Shown piece after piece: positions 16,125 through 25,837 of a stretch of DNA of 33,436 bases. Each line of letters opens with the position of its first letter. Position 1 is the first letter of the stretch. The DNA comes from Nitrosotalea sp. Its GTDB lineage: Archaea; Halobacteriota; Syntropharchaeia; Alkanophagales; Methanospirareceae. Under the pieces are notes generated by a model that saw nothing but the letters and a program-made list of their open reading frames with translations, was not told the DNA's origin and did not search any database. The stretch covers positions 1 through 33,436 of the forward strand of contig DYFG01000006.1 of assembly GCA_020725315.1 (NCBI GenBank). Direction: 5' to 3'. The translations under genes were made by a program, and so were the position numbers.

Positions 16125-18232
16125 AGACGAGAATCACTAAAATCGCTAAAATACGTAAAAGGGATGGACGGATTGTACAATTCGAGCAGGAAAAAATCAC
16201 AAATGCTATTTACAAAGCGATGGTTAGTGTTGGAAGGGGAGAGGAAGGCAGAGAAGGAGCACAAGAACTCACCGAGAAGGTGATGACCGCGATTGAGAAC
16301 GCTTTTGCCAAAAGGGCAGAAGTTCCTTCGGTTGAGGATGTGCAGGATGTTGTTGAGCAGGTCTTGATTACTGGAGGATTGAGCGAGGTTGCAAAGGCGT
16401 ATATCTTATATCGGCAGCAGCGTGCTGATATTCGAGGTCTAAAGAAAGTCATCGGTGTTAAAGATGATTTAAAGCTCTCGTTGAATGCTACAGAGGTGTT
16501 GAAACGGCGCTATTTGTTAAAGGATGAACGTGGAAAAGTTATCGAGACCCCGGGTCAAATGTTCAACAGGGTAGCAGAAGCAATAGCAAAAGCGGATCTG
16601 AAGTATGGTAAAAGCAAAGAGGAAGTAAAAGAGATTGAACGCAGCTTTTACCAGCTCATGAGGAATTTAGAGTTCCTGCCGAACAGTCCCACGTTAATGA
16701 ATGCCGGAACTGAGCTTGGGCAGCTCGCTGCCTGTTTTGTCTTACCCGTTGAAGATTCAATAGAAGGCATATTTGGGGCTGTTAAGAGCATGGCGGTGAC
16801 TCATCAAAGTGGCGGTGGAACGGGATTCTCATTCTCACGGTTGAGACCAGAGGGGGATGTGGTTAAATCAACGGGAGGAATTGCTTCAGGTCCTGTCTCT
16901 TTCATGCGTGTCTTTGACGTAGCGACCGGTGTAATCAAGCAAGGAGGCAAAAGAAGAGGCGCGAACATGGGTATATTGAACGTTGACCATCCCGACATCG
17001 TGGAATTTATAAGAGCGAAAGAAGGTGGAGGGTTTGCCAATTTCAATACTTCGGTAGCTGTTACTGATGACTTCATGCATGCGGTAGAGAGAAATGAAGA
17101 GTATGGGCTTGTAAATCCTCGAACTAAGGAAGAAGTGAGGAGAATAAAAGCTCGTGAGATTTTTAACGAGATTGTAACCTGCGCATGGAAGATCGGGGAT
17201 CCCGGAATTGTTTTCATCGATGAAATCAACAGACATAACCCCCTCTCTACAGTGGGAACGATTGAGGCGACGAATCCTTGTGGCGAGCAGCCACTCTTGG
17301 CGTACGAATCGTGCAATTTGGGCTCGATTAACGTTTCAAAATTTGTTAAACCTGGTGAAGGTGAGGTAGACTGGGAACGGCTTAAAGAAGTAGTTTGGAT
17401 CTGCGTGAGGTTCTTAGATGACGTTATAGATGTGAACAGGTATCCAATGCCCGAAATAGAAGAAATAACGAAGGCGAACAGGAAGATAGGGCTTGGCATA
17501 ATGGGATTTGTAGAACTGTTAATCAAACTCGGGATAGCGTATGACTCAAAGGATGCGCTTTTGATGGGTGAAAAGCTGATGCAATTCGTTACCAATGAGG
17601 CGCGACAGTGTTCACGAGAGCTCGGGCTTGAAAAAGGCTCTTTTCCTAACTTCGAGCGGAGTGTATGGTCGACCGGCGATGCGATGCGCAATGCTACGGT
17701 GACCACCATCGCACCAACAGGAACAATAAGTATAATTGCAGGGTGTTCAAGTGGGATTGAGCCGTTATTCGCCGTTGCATTTGTTCGCAATGTACTGGGC
17801 GGCATGCTGGAGATAAATAAGCTATTCGAAGAGATAGCGAAGGAACGGGGATTTTATACTAAAGATTCGATGATAGAGATGGCGAAGCGCGGCTCGATAC
17901 AGGATATTGATGGTATTCCAGAGGATATTAAACGGGTATTTGTTACCGCACTTGATATCTCGCCCGAATGGCATGTACGAATGCAAGCGGCATTCCAGAA
18001 ATACACGGACAACAGCGTATCAAAGACCGTTAATCTTCCGCCTGATGCATCGTGGGACGATGTAAAGAACGTGTTTTTATTAGCGTATAAGCTCAAGTGC
18101 AAAGGCATCACTGTTTATCGGTATGGGAGTAAAGAGCAGGTTCTCTCGTTGGATATTCCAAAGCTCATGCTTGAAGAATATATACGCGCCGATTCGGAAT
18201 ACACAGGCGAGTGCAGGATTTGCTCGGTATAA
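16121..18232 (+). CDS. nrdJ: Adenosylcobalamin-dependent (class II) ribonucleotide reductase with N-terminal ATP-cone
   Basis: ATP-cone (IRKRDGRIVQFEQEKITNAI), NSPTLMNAG, active-site TNPCGEQPL..SCNLGSIN and TVYRYGSK. The start overlaps the upstream stop (ATGA). Confidence 0.9.
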   Translation: MKTRITKIAKIRKRDGRIVQFEQEKITNAIYKAMVSVGRGEEGREGAQELTEKVMTAIENAFAKRAEVPSVEDVQDVVEQVLITGGLSEVAKAYILYRQQRADIRGLKKVIGVKDDLKLSLNATEVLKRRYLLKDERGKVIETPGQMFNRVAEAIAKADLKYGKSKEEVKEIERSFYQLMRNLEFLPNSPTLMNAGTELGQLAACFVLPVEDSIEGIFGAVKSMAVTHQSGGGTGFSFSRLRPEGDVVKSTGGIASGPVSFMRVFDVATGVIKQGGKRRGANMGILNVDHPDIVEFIRAKEGGGFANFNTSVAVTDDFMHAVERNEEYGLVNPRTKEEVRRIKAREIFNEIVTCAWKIGDPGIVFIDEINRHNPLSTVGTIEATNPCGEQPLLAYESCNLGSINVSKFVKPGEGEVDWERLKEVVWICVRFLDDVIDVNRYPMPEIEEITKANRKIGLGIMGFVELLIKLGIAYDSKDALLMGEKLMQFVTNEARQCSRELGLEKGSFPNFERSVWSTGDAMRNATVTTIAPTGTISIIAGCSSGIEPLFAVAFVRNVLGGMLEINKLFEEIAKERGFYTKDSMIEMAKRGSIQDIDGIPEDIKRVFVTALDISPEWHVRMQAAFQKYTDNSVSKTVNLPPDASWDDVKNVFLLAYKLKCKGITVYRYGSKEQVLSLDIPKLMLEEYIRADSEYTGECRICSV

Positions 18233-18245
18233 CGTTCTTCTTGTG

Positions 18246-18271
18246 ATTTGGTGCTTGTGGTTTGGATTTTT
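18246..18271 (+). repeat. Solo terminus remnant of the hairpin repeat element
   Basis: ATTTGGTGCTTGTGGTTTGGATTTTT resembles the element end ATTTGGTGCTTAGGATTTGGAATTTTT (1605..1631). No GC modules are attached. Confidence 0.5.
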
Positions 18272-18378
18272 CCACTTTTATTGAGCATATTCGCGATGTA
18301 TCTCACGATATTTTATATGGAATAAATCCCTTCTGCATATTACAAGGGGGATGATTGTAGAATAGAAGGGCGAAAGAG

Positions 18379-19920
18379 ATGAAGGAAAAAGGGTTGCTGA
18401 GGGACATAAGAGTGATGGCATTGGTCTTCCTCGTTTTAGCAGCCCTGGTGGTCATTTATCTTTATCCTCCACCGCCTCCCGATGCGGGGATAAATGGCAA
18501 TCTAAAATACGGCCTGGATTTGGTGGGTGGTTCGTGGCTGCAGTTGAAATTGGAGGGCACCTTAGTGGGTATAACTGCACCGGTTAATGAGAGTGAAGTT
18601 GCTACATTCCTTGAAAAGGAGCTGGATGCCGAAGTGGTTTATTACAAGACGGATGATGTTGTAGTCTATGAGATAAGGAAGGTTGTCTCAAAAGCTCATC
18701 TATCGGACGTTTTGAAGAAGATTAACGGCAGTATAGCGAAAACCCCGACTGGAGAAGATCTCTTTGAAGAAGGCATAACTCGAGAGACGCGAGATGAAAC
18801 GCGCGAAATAATAGAGATGAAGCTAAACTTGTTGGGATTAGCAGACGTTAAACCAAGAACGGTGGGGAAGAATTTTATTCTTGTAGACCTTGCGGGTGTG
18901 GATATCGGGACGGCAAAGAGCATCGTGGGCAAGCCAGGAAAGTTTGAGATAAGAATCCAAACAGAAGGCAGCGGGGGGGATATAGAGAAAGGGCAACGAT
19001 TGGAAGAGATTGGGAATATCACGGCACACGTCGTTTATGGCAGCGAGGGAATAGAAAGCAGAAGTGTAGGGGCAGTGCCCGTGAGAGAAAGAGAGAATGC
19101 GCCATGGGGTGCTTCTTTTACGTTAACCGAGAAAGGCGCGGTTGCATTACGAGAAGCGACAATGAAATATGGTCTAACAGCCAATCCAACGGAGTCGTAT
19201 CTGAGGGATCACGAACTTGCAATGCTGCTTGACGATGTGGTGGTATACAGTGCGCCGTTGTCTTCAGATCTTGCGCAAGAATTGAAACAGAAACCGGTTC
19301 CTGGATTGCGTGCTGAGACGGGGTTAGGAACCGAGGGATTTGAACGAGCTAAAGAGCTCATTATCCACTTAAAAGCAGGCGTGTTACCCGTAAATGTGGA
19401 GATAATAGGTTCGGGGGAGGTTCCTGCCTACTTAGGAGCGAAGTTCAAGGAAGGGGCAATAGTTGCTGGATTAATTGCCCTCTTTTCCGTCACGCTCGTT
19501 GTTTTTCTGCGATATCGGGAGAAGAAGATCGTATTACCAATGTTTTTCACGCTTCTGAGCGAGCTAATCCTGATATTGGGGTTTTCAGTAGTGGTTCCAG
19601 GGGGGTGGCGGTTGGATTTGGCGAGCATTGCAGGGATAATATTGGTGATTGGTACCGGAGTGGACCAATTGGTGATAATAACCGACGAAGTGCTTTCAGG
19701 TGGTCATTCCTCCACGAGCATGTATCGTAAGCGAATATCATTTGCATTTGGTATAATATTCGTTTCCGCGACGACCACGATCGTGGCGATGCTTTATCTT
19801 GCCTTCATGGTAGCACTCGGTGCACTGAGGGGTTTTGCGATTGTAACCATCGTTGGACTCTTGATAGGTATTTTTATTACACGACCCGCTTATGCGAGGG
19901 TGATAGAAACGATCGTGTGA
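18379..19920 (+). CDS. secD: Protein-export membrane protein SecD
   Basis: N-terminal TM helix, a large periplasmic-type domain (GLDLVGGSWL) and a C-terminal six-TM bundle with GTGVDQLVIITDE. Confidence 0.8.
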   Translation: MKEKGLLRDIRVMALVFLVLAALVVIYLYPPPPPDAGINGNLKYGLDLVGGSWLQLKLEGTLVGITAPVNESEVATFLEKELDAEVVYYKTDDVVVYEIRKVVSKAHLSDVLKKINGSIAKTPTGEDLFEEGITRETRDETREIIEMKLNLLGLADVKPRTVGKNFILVDLAGVDIGTAKSIVGKPGKFEIRIQTEGSGGDIEKGQRLEEIGNITAHVVYGSEGIESRSVGAVPVRERENAPWGASFTLTEKGAVALREATMKYGLTANPTESYLRDHELAMLLDDVVVYSAPLSSDLAQELKQKPVPGLRAETGLGTEGFERAKELIIHLKAGVLPVNVEIIGSGEVPAYLGAKFKEGAIVAGLIALFSVTLVVFLRYREKKIVLPMFFTLLSELILILGFSVVVPGGWRLDLASIAGIILVIGTGVDQLVIITDEVLSGGHSSTSMYRKRISFAFGIIFVSATTTIVAMLYLAFMVALGALRGFAIVTIVGLLIGIFITRPAYARVIETIV

Positions 19921-19967
19921 ATCCAGGAGTTAAGATTTTAGAGTAGAGAGGAGTAAATAAGGGAAGG

Positions 19968-21731
19968 ATGTGCGGGATAGTAGGTTACGTGGGATATAGA
20001 AAAGCATCCCCGCTATTGCTGAAAGGCTTAAAGAACCTTGAATACAGGGGTTACGACTCCGCAGGGATCGCCACGTGCCATGCCCAAAGTTGCATCGAGG
20101 TGAGAAAGGGCATTGGTAAGGTAGAAGAAATAGAGAAGAAATTGAATTTTGAAAGTCTTGATGGTGACATGGGGATAGCACATACGAGGTGGGCGACCCA
20201 TGGGGCGGTTACCGACAGAAATGCACATCCACATACCGATTCCACAGGGAAGATAGCAATCGTTCATAACGGGATAATAGAGAATTACGGGGAATTAAAA
20301 GAAGAACTCATCGAAAAAGGACATGAATTCAGGAGCGAGACGGATTCGGAGGTAATAGCCCATTTAATCGAAGAAAATATCGCATATGGATTTGAAGATG
20401 CATGCATGAGCGCTTTCAACAGGTTAAAGGGTAGTTATGCGATTCTTGCTATTAAGGAAGGAGAGGATAAAATAATAGGTATTCGGAAGGATTCGCCTCT
20501 CGTGGTTGGCATAGCGGAGCATGGCACATTCTTTGCTTCTGACATACCGTCGTTCTTAGAATGGACGAAGAATGTCATGTATCTGTACAATTACGACATT
20601 GTCATTGCGGGAAAGGAAGGAATTCGGGTTTATAACGAAGGGCTGGAGGTATCTCGGCCGATAGATACAGTGGAATGGGATATTGAGCAGGCGAAGAAGG
20701 GTGAATTCGGGCATTTCATGATGAAAGAGATAAGCGAGCAGGCTGAAACTGTGATGAAGGCGATAAAGCAGGATAGAGCGGTTGTGAGCGCTATTGTGGA
20801 GGAGATGAAGAATGCCTTTGGTATCTTTTTCGTTGGGTGCGGCTCGAGTTATCATGCAAGCCTAGCAGGTAGCTATTTCTTTTCCAAGGAGGTAAAGATG
20901 CACGTTAACCCCGTTTTAGCGTCAGAATTTGAGAATTATGAGCACTTCCTTACCGATAAGACACTGGTCTTTGCGGTATCCCAATCCGGAGAGACGGCGG
21001 ACGTGCTGGAGGCGGTGAGGGTAGCAAAAGGTAGAGGAAGCAGAGTGATAGGCATTACTAATGTTCTTGGCTCTTCGTTAACAATGGAAGGCGATGCTTC
21101 TCTCCTGATGCACTCCGGACCTGAGATATGCGTGCTCTCAACAAAAACATATACCTCACAAGTTGTTTTAATGAACCTTCTTGCTCATGCTCTGGTGAAT
21201 AGATATGAAGAATACATGGCGGACGTAAAGAGCCTGTATCTGGGCATTTACAATCTCACATCAAGAACGATGAGGGAGCATTTGGAGGAATTAGCGAAGG
21301 AATTAGTTGAAGAGGAGCATATTTATCTGATTGGAAGAGGGCTCCAGTATGCTACCGCGCTGGAAGCTGCCCTGAAGATAAAAGAGGTATCATATATCCA
21401 TGCGGAGGCTTTTGCCGGGGGGGAACTCAAACATGGACCCTTAGCGTTGATAGAGGAAGGGACACCAGTGATCGCATTTACTGCGAGAGATAATTGTAAT
21501 AAGATATTATCAAACATGCATGAGGTGAAGGCACGAGGGGGATGGATAGTGGGTGTATCCGCAAAGGAGAGTGATCTATTCGATTACTGGGTAAAAGTGC
21601 CCGAGGCAGGAGCATTGAATCCAATAGTTCAAATCATACCGATCCAGATTCTTGCGTATGAACTTGCAGTCCTGAGAGGAGTTGACCCTGATAAACCCCG
21701 CAATCTCGCGAAGAGTGTTACGGTAACATAA
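19968..21731 (+). CDS. glmS: Glutamine--fructose-6-phosphate aminotransferase
   Basis: MCGIVGYVG N-terminal nucleophile, two SIS domains and C-terminal DKPRNLAKSVTV. Confidence 0.95.
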   Translation: MCGIVGYVGYRKASPLLLKGLKNLEYRGYDSAGIATCHAQSCIEVRKGIGKVEEIEKKLNFESLDGDMGIAHTRWATHGAVTDRNAHPHTDSTGKIAIVHNGIIENYGELKEELIEKGHEFRSETDSEVIAHLIEENIAYGFEDACMSAFNRLKGSYAILAIKEGEDKIIGIRKDSPLVVGIAEHGTFFASDIPSFLEWTKNVMYLYNYDIVIAGKEGIRVYNEGLEVSRPIDTVEWDIEQAKKGEFGHFMMKEISEQAETVMKAIKQDRAVVSAIVEEMKNAFGIFFVGCGSSYHASLAGSYFFSKEVKMHVNPVLASEFENYEHFLTDKTLVFAVSQSGETADVLEAVRVAKGRGSRVIGITNVLGSSLTMEGDASLLMHSGPEICVLSTKTYTSQVVLMNLLAHALVNRYEEYMADVKSLYLGIYNLTSRTMREHLEELAKELVEEEHIYLIGRGLQYATALEAALKIKEVSYIHAEAFAGGELKHGPLALIEEGTPVIAFTARDNCNKILSNMHEVKARGGWIVGVSAKESDLFDYWVKVPEAGALNPIVQIIPIQILAYELAVLRGVDPDKPRNLAKSVTVT

Positions 21732-21817
21732 CGATGAGCAAATCCGGGCTTATGAGATGAGATAATCTCAGTTAATCCTTACAAGATTGGTGTAAGCGCA
21801 GCATACAGGATGTCGAA

Positions 21818-22924
21818 ATGAAAGCGATAATACTTGCGGCTGGTAAGGGGGAAAGATTACAACCTCTTACGGATTTTAAACCCAAAGCAACGCTTCCCAT
21901 CTGCAATAAACCCCTGATTGAATACCAGATCGAGTTGTTAAAGAAGCAGGGGATTGATGAAATAGCGGTTGTTGTTGGGTACTTAAAGGAAGAGATTAAG
22001 CTCAGGGGTGTGAAATTTTACGAAGACAGGTTGATAAGAGGGACTGCATCTGCACTATACGCGGCACGGGATTTTATTGATAGAAATTTTGTTTTGGTCT
22101 ATGGTGATCTCTTTTTTGATATTCTCAATTTTTCGGAGATCGTGGAAAAGGAGAATTCGATGGGTATTGTGAGGGTAAAGGACGTTTCGAGATATGGTGA
22201 GGTTTTGTTTGAAGGTGGGTACTTAACGGGGATAAGAGAGAAAACAGGGTCTGGAGAGGGGTTTGTGAATGCGGGGATATATCATCTTCCCCCAACGATA
22301 TTAGATTCTGTAGAAAGGAGAGAAGAGAGCGAGAGAAAGGAATACGAGCTTACCGACTCCGTTCAGATGCTCAACGAGAAAGAACAGGTCAACGTTATTC
22401 CTCTGAATGGCTATTGGAATGATATCGGTTATCCATGGGACTTTATTGATGCGAACAGGTATATGCTCGAGCGAATAGGATTTGCTGTGGGAGGGAACAC
22501 AGAGATATGGGATTCAGCGATATTAAGGAAGCCCGCAGTTATAGGAAAAGAGTGCGAGATAAAGAATTGTGTAGTTGAAAAATCAGTCGTCGGGGATGGT
22601 TCTGTTGTTGGTGAGTTTTCAGTTTTAAAGAGAAGCGTTTTGATGTCAGATTCTAAAGTTCCTCATTTAAATTACGTTGCGGATTCCGTTATTGCGGAGG
22701 GTTGCAATTTAGGAGCAGGAACGAAGATAGCGAATTTGAGATTTGACGAGGCAACGGTAAAGATGAGCATAAAAGGGGAAAGGGTAGATTCGGGAAGGAG
22801 GAAGTTGGGAGCGATAATCGGGTACAATGTCAAGACCGGCATAAACGTTTCGATCTATCCTGGGGTGAAGATAAGCAGTGGTAAATGGGTAGAAACTGAG
22901 AGTTTGGTGAGGAGAGACGTTTAA
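21818..22924 (+). CDS. glmU: Bifunctional sugar-1-phosphate nucleotidylyltransferase/acetyltransferase (archaeal GlmU-like)
   Basis: MKAIILAAGKGERLQPLT nucleotidyltransferase fold plus a C-terminal left-handed beta-helix with hexapeptide repeats. Confidence 0.75.
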   Translation: MKAIILAAGKGERLQPLTDFKPKATLPICNKPLIEYQIELLKKQGIDEIAVVVGYLKEEIKLRGVKFYEDRLIRGTASALYAARDFIDRNFVLVYGDLFFDILNFSEIVEKENSMGIVRVKDVSRYGEVLFEGGYLTGIREKTGSGEGFVNAGIYHLPPTILDSVERREESERKEYELTDSVQMLNEKEQVNVIPLNGYWNDIGYPWDFIDANRYMLERIGFAVGGNTEIWDSAILRKPAVIGKECEIKNCVVEKSVVGDGSVVGEFSVLKRSVLMSDSKVPHLNYVADSVIAEGCNLGAGTKIANLRFDEATVKMSIKGERVDSGRRKLGAIIGYNVKTGINVSIYPGVKISSGKWVETESLVRRDV

Positions 22925-22940
22925 ATGTAGAAGAATAGAA

Positions 22941-23915
22941 ATGAAAAACAAAAGAGTGCTAATAACAGGCGGTGCGGGATTCATAGGATCGAATTTGGCT
23001 GAGGAATTGGTAAGAAAGGAGCATGATGTTGTCATCTTAGATGACCTCTCCACTGGTAAGGAAGAGAATATAAAAGAGTTTAAGGATAGCGTTAGATTCG
23101 TAAAAGGAAGCATAACCGATTTGGCGTTATTAAGAGATTTATTCAGAGATGTTGAGTGCGTTTCCCATCAGGCGGCAATCCCGTCGGTCCAGCGTTCGGT
23201 TGAGGATCCTCTTGCAACAAACGAGGTGAACGTGAAGGGGACTTTAAATGTTTTAGTTGCAGCGAGGGATAGCGAAGTTGAAAAGGTAGTTTATGCATCC
23301 TCTTCTTCTGTTTATGGCGACACACCGGAGTTACCGAAGAGAGAGGAGATGAAACCAAATCCAAAATCACCTTATGCGGTTTCTAAATTAACTGGAGAGG
23401 AGTATTGCGCGGTTTTTTCAGAGGTTTATGGGCTAAAAACTGTTTCACTACGATACTTTAATGTTTACGGACCCCGGCAAGACCCTTACTCTGAGTATGC
23501 AGCGGTTATTCCACGATTTATCACGAGGGTGTTAAAGAATAAGCCACCTATAATCTACGGAAACGGAGAGCAGACGAGAGATTTCACATTCGTTAGAGAT
23601 GTTGTTATGGCGAATATTCTGGCGATAGAGCGGGATGTCGAGGGTGTATTTAACATAGCATCGGGGAAGCGGATAAGCATAAATGAGCTCTCTAATAAAA
23701 TTATGGGAATTGTTGGTATAAGACTCAAGCCAATTTATGATAAGCCACGGGAAGGGGATATTAAGGATTCTTCAGGTGGTATTTCAAGAGCAAAGGAAAA
23801 ACTGGGATATGAACCAAGATACAATTTAGAAGAAGGATTAAAGGAGACGATGGAATATTTTACATCAATTGTTTCACTCGTGAAAATCCCGGACAAAATT
23901 CTTTTCCGGTTTTAA
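22941..23915 (+). CDS. NAD-dependent nucleotide-sugar epimerase/dehydratase (UDP-glucose/GlcNAc 4-epimerase-like)
   Basis: GGAGFIGSNL, SSSSVYG and YAVSK motifs. The last roughly 12 codons and the stop lie inside repeat-element DNA. Confidence 0.85.
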   Translation: MKNKRVLITGGAGFIGSNLAEELVRKEHDVVILDDLSTGKEENIKEFKDSVRFVKGSITDLALLRDLFRDVECVSHQAAIPSVQRSVEDPLATNEVNVKGTLNVLVAARDSEVEKVVYASSSSVYGDTPELPKREEMKPNPKSPYAVSKLTGEEYCAVFSEVYGLKTVSLRYFNVYGPRQDPYSEYAAVIPRFITRVLKNKPPIIYGNGEQTRDFTFVRDVVMANILAIERDVEGVFNIASGKRISINELSNKIMGIVGIRLKPIYDKPREGDIKDSSGGISRAKEKLGYEPRYNLEEGLKETMEYFTSIVSLVKIPDKILFRF

Positions 23916-24020
23916 CCACAAAAATCCAAATCCTAAGCACCAAATTAAGCCCTTACAGGGCTTGTGGGGTCGTGGGCAGAGCCCACGGAAACAAATCCAA
24001 ATATCTAAAATCAAATCAAA
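23873..24020 (-). repeat. Hairpin repeat element, copy 3 (shortened core)
   Basis: AAATCCTAAGCACCAAATTAAGCCCTTACAGGG is identical to 22..54. Modules are AAGCCCTTACAGGGCTT (23947..23963) and GTGGGCAGAGCCCAC (23972..23986). The flank 23873..23925 is homologous to the reverse complement of 1620..1700. Confidence 0.85.
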
Positions 24021-24023
24021 AAG

Positions 24024-24551
24024 TGTGGCTTTAATATTATTTCATTAGCAAACAATCATATATATGACTACGGTGAAATTGGATTAAAAGATACGTTAAA
24101 TGAAATAACAATGAATGGTTTAGACTATATCGGTGCTGGTTTATCCTTTGATGAAGCTTATAGTCTAACGATAAAAGTAATAGATAATACTAAGATAGGC
24201 TTTTTGGCATTTTGTGAAGCTGAGTTCGGAGCGTTAATAGAGGATGAAGGACGTGGAGGATATGCATGGATAAATCACCCCGTTGTAAATAATATCATCA
24301 GAAACTCCAAACAAAAAGTAGATGTTTTGATACTAATTGCCCATGCGGGAGCTGAAGAAGTCCCATTGCCATTACCTGAATGGCGAGCAAGATATCGTGA
24401 GTTATGTGATTTGGGTGTAGATGTACTTATAGGACATCATCCTCATGTACCTCAAGGCTGGGAAAAATATAACGAGTCTTTGATATTTTACAGTTTAGGA
24501 AATTTTTATTTCGATTGGAATGTTTCCAAAAATAAAGAGGATATGTCATAG
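24024..24551 (+). pseudogene. N-terminally truncated CapA-family (poly-gamma-glutamate/metallophosphatase) gene remnant
   Basis: Translation is open from 24009: GFNIISLANNHIYDYGEIGLKDTL...GAG...IAHAGAEE...VLIGHHPHVPQG...YSLGNFYFD. The N-terminal part of the family is missing at the repeat border. Ends early at TAG. Confidence 0.65.
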
Positions 24552-24709
24552 TCTGTATTACTCAATATTAAAAAATAACTATTTAGATATGGCAAACCAG
24601 CAATCAATTTACCTATACAAAACGAGATATGAAAACTACTATAAGGAGTATGCAATGGCAGTGCGCAAAAATATGAGATTTATATCTAACATATATATCA
24701 TAATTAAGC

Positions 24710-25207
24710 AGCTATTTTTCAATACAAAAGCTGGTTCAATCAGGTGTGGATATATGCCGTAAAAAGGGGTTAAATGTACGTCAAGGGTTAATAGATGTTC
24801 CATTAGGTGATGTTGAAGATAAGCAGTTTGATTATGCGATATGCAACGTAACAATACAGATGGTCATGTATCCTGAAGTGCTTTTGTCAGAAATGAAACG
24901 CATCGCACATTATCAAATCATATCATTTCCAAATTTTGCACATTAGAGAAACCGATTGGACCTATTGTTAAAAGGGCGAATGCCCCGACCTATGTTATTT
25001 GGATACGAGTGGTACAATACGGGACATATTCACCAGCTTTCGATTAAAGATTTTAATTTATGGATTGCTTGTTTTGATGATATAACTTATTCGGTACTCA
25101 AAAAACTAAACTTAAAAAATGTGATATTAATCTCAAGAGAAGATTTTGAAGACGAAGAATTACTTAGAACCTTAACTCCACCTGGATGGGGAATAGGTCT
25201 AATCTGA
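24710..25207 (+). pseudogene. MetW-like methyltransferase remnant with in-frame TAG
   Basis: Reads GVDICRKKGLNVRQG...FDYAICNVTIQMV..PEVLLSEMKRIA...ISFPNFAH*RNRLDLLLKGRMPRP..YEWYNTGHIH..IKDF. The SAM-binding N-terminus is absent. The TAG (24944..24946) sits where MetW homologues have Trp (FPNFGHW). Confidence 0.65.
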
Positions 25208-25292
25208 TATCCCGTAATATCCCGCTCTTTTGCCAATCAGACATACATGAAGGTGGAAACCTTTATATTAATATATTCCCCATATACTGAAT

Positions 25293-25460
25293 ATGGAACA
25301 ATGGGTCAAAGAATGGCTGAAGGAAGAGAGGGATCAGGGTGTAAAATGCCTTGAGGTAAAGATGCAGGGAAAAAGCCACTATGTCTATCATTCGACCACT
25401 TACTGGGATAAGGCACTCAAAAAGCCTAGAAAAACCTCATCTTATAATCTCAATACATAA
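25293..25460 (+). CDS. Small ORF (55 aa), possibly an N-terminal remnant of a transposase-type protein
   Basis: MEQWVKEWLKEERDQGVKCLEVKMQGKSHYVYHSTTYWDKALKKPRKTSSYNLNT. TTTATATT lies about 25 nt upstream. Its resemblance to the N-termini of some archaeal transposases is only a recollection. Confidence 0.25.
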   Translation: MEQWVKEWLKEERDQGVKCLEVKMQGKSHYVYHSTTYWDKALKKPRKTSSYNLNT

Positions 25461-25498
25461 AACAACAAGTAGAAAAAGAATAAAAGAAATTAAAAGAG

Positions 25499-25801
25499 GT
25501 GATTTTAAAAATGGATAAATGCCCAAGATGCAGAGTGGAAATGAAGATTGATCAAGATGCATACGTGAGAGACGATGTCATCGTTTTACACCAAGTCGAG
25601 AGATGCCCTGAATGTGGAGAGATTATGCTTACGGAGGAGCAGATGGATGCCTTTGTTGAAAAATTAAAGCGATTGAATCTCTGGAAAGAGGAATATGGTA
25701 TCGTTAAGATAAGGAAAAATCGTCCTGAGTACGAAAAACTTGTTGAGATATCAAAAACGCTGGCAGAGAAGGGGGTAAAACTCAAAATTATTGAAATGTA
25801 A
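25499..25801 (+). CDS. Zinc-ribbon protein (YgiT/MqsA-N-terminal-like CxxC...CxxCGE)
   Basis: MDKCPRCRVEM...HQVERCPECGEIMLTEEQMDAF. The start is probably the Met of MDKC. Confidence 0.5.
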   Translation: MILKMDKCPRCRVEMKIDQDAYVRDDVIVLHQVERCPECGEIMLTEEQMDAFVEKLKRLNLWKEEYGIVKIRKNRPEYEKLVEISKTLAEKGVKLKIIEM

Positions 25802-25837
25802 ACTCGAGAAAATCTGTGTAATCTGTGGTTATAAGAA

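Noticed and set aside
16804-17805. 333-aa ORF antisense to nrdJ
   Set aside because: It lies wholly inside, and opposite to, a strongly supported RNR gene. Its composition is low-complexity and Ser/Pro-rich, typical of shadow ORFs, and it has no recognisable motifs.
18379-19920. secD without an adjacent secF
   Set aside because: Gene order varies among archaea and secF may lie elsewhere. Nothing in the sequence suggests truncation of secD.
24944-24946. In-frame TAG in the MetW-like ORF as a pyrrolysine codon
   Set aside because: It aligns with the conserved Trp of FPNFGHW, so it is a single TGG to TAG change. The gene also lacks its SAM-binding N-terminus, so a nonsense mutation in a pseudogene is the simpler reading.
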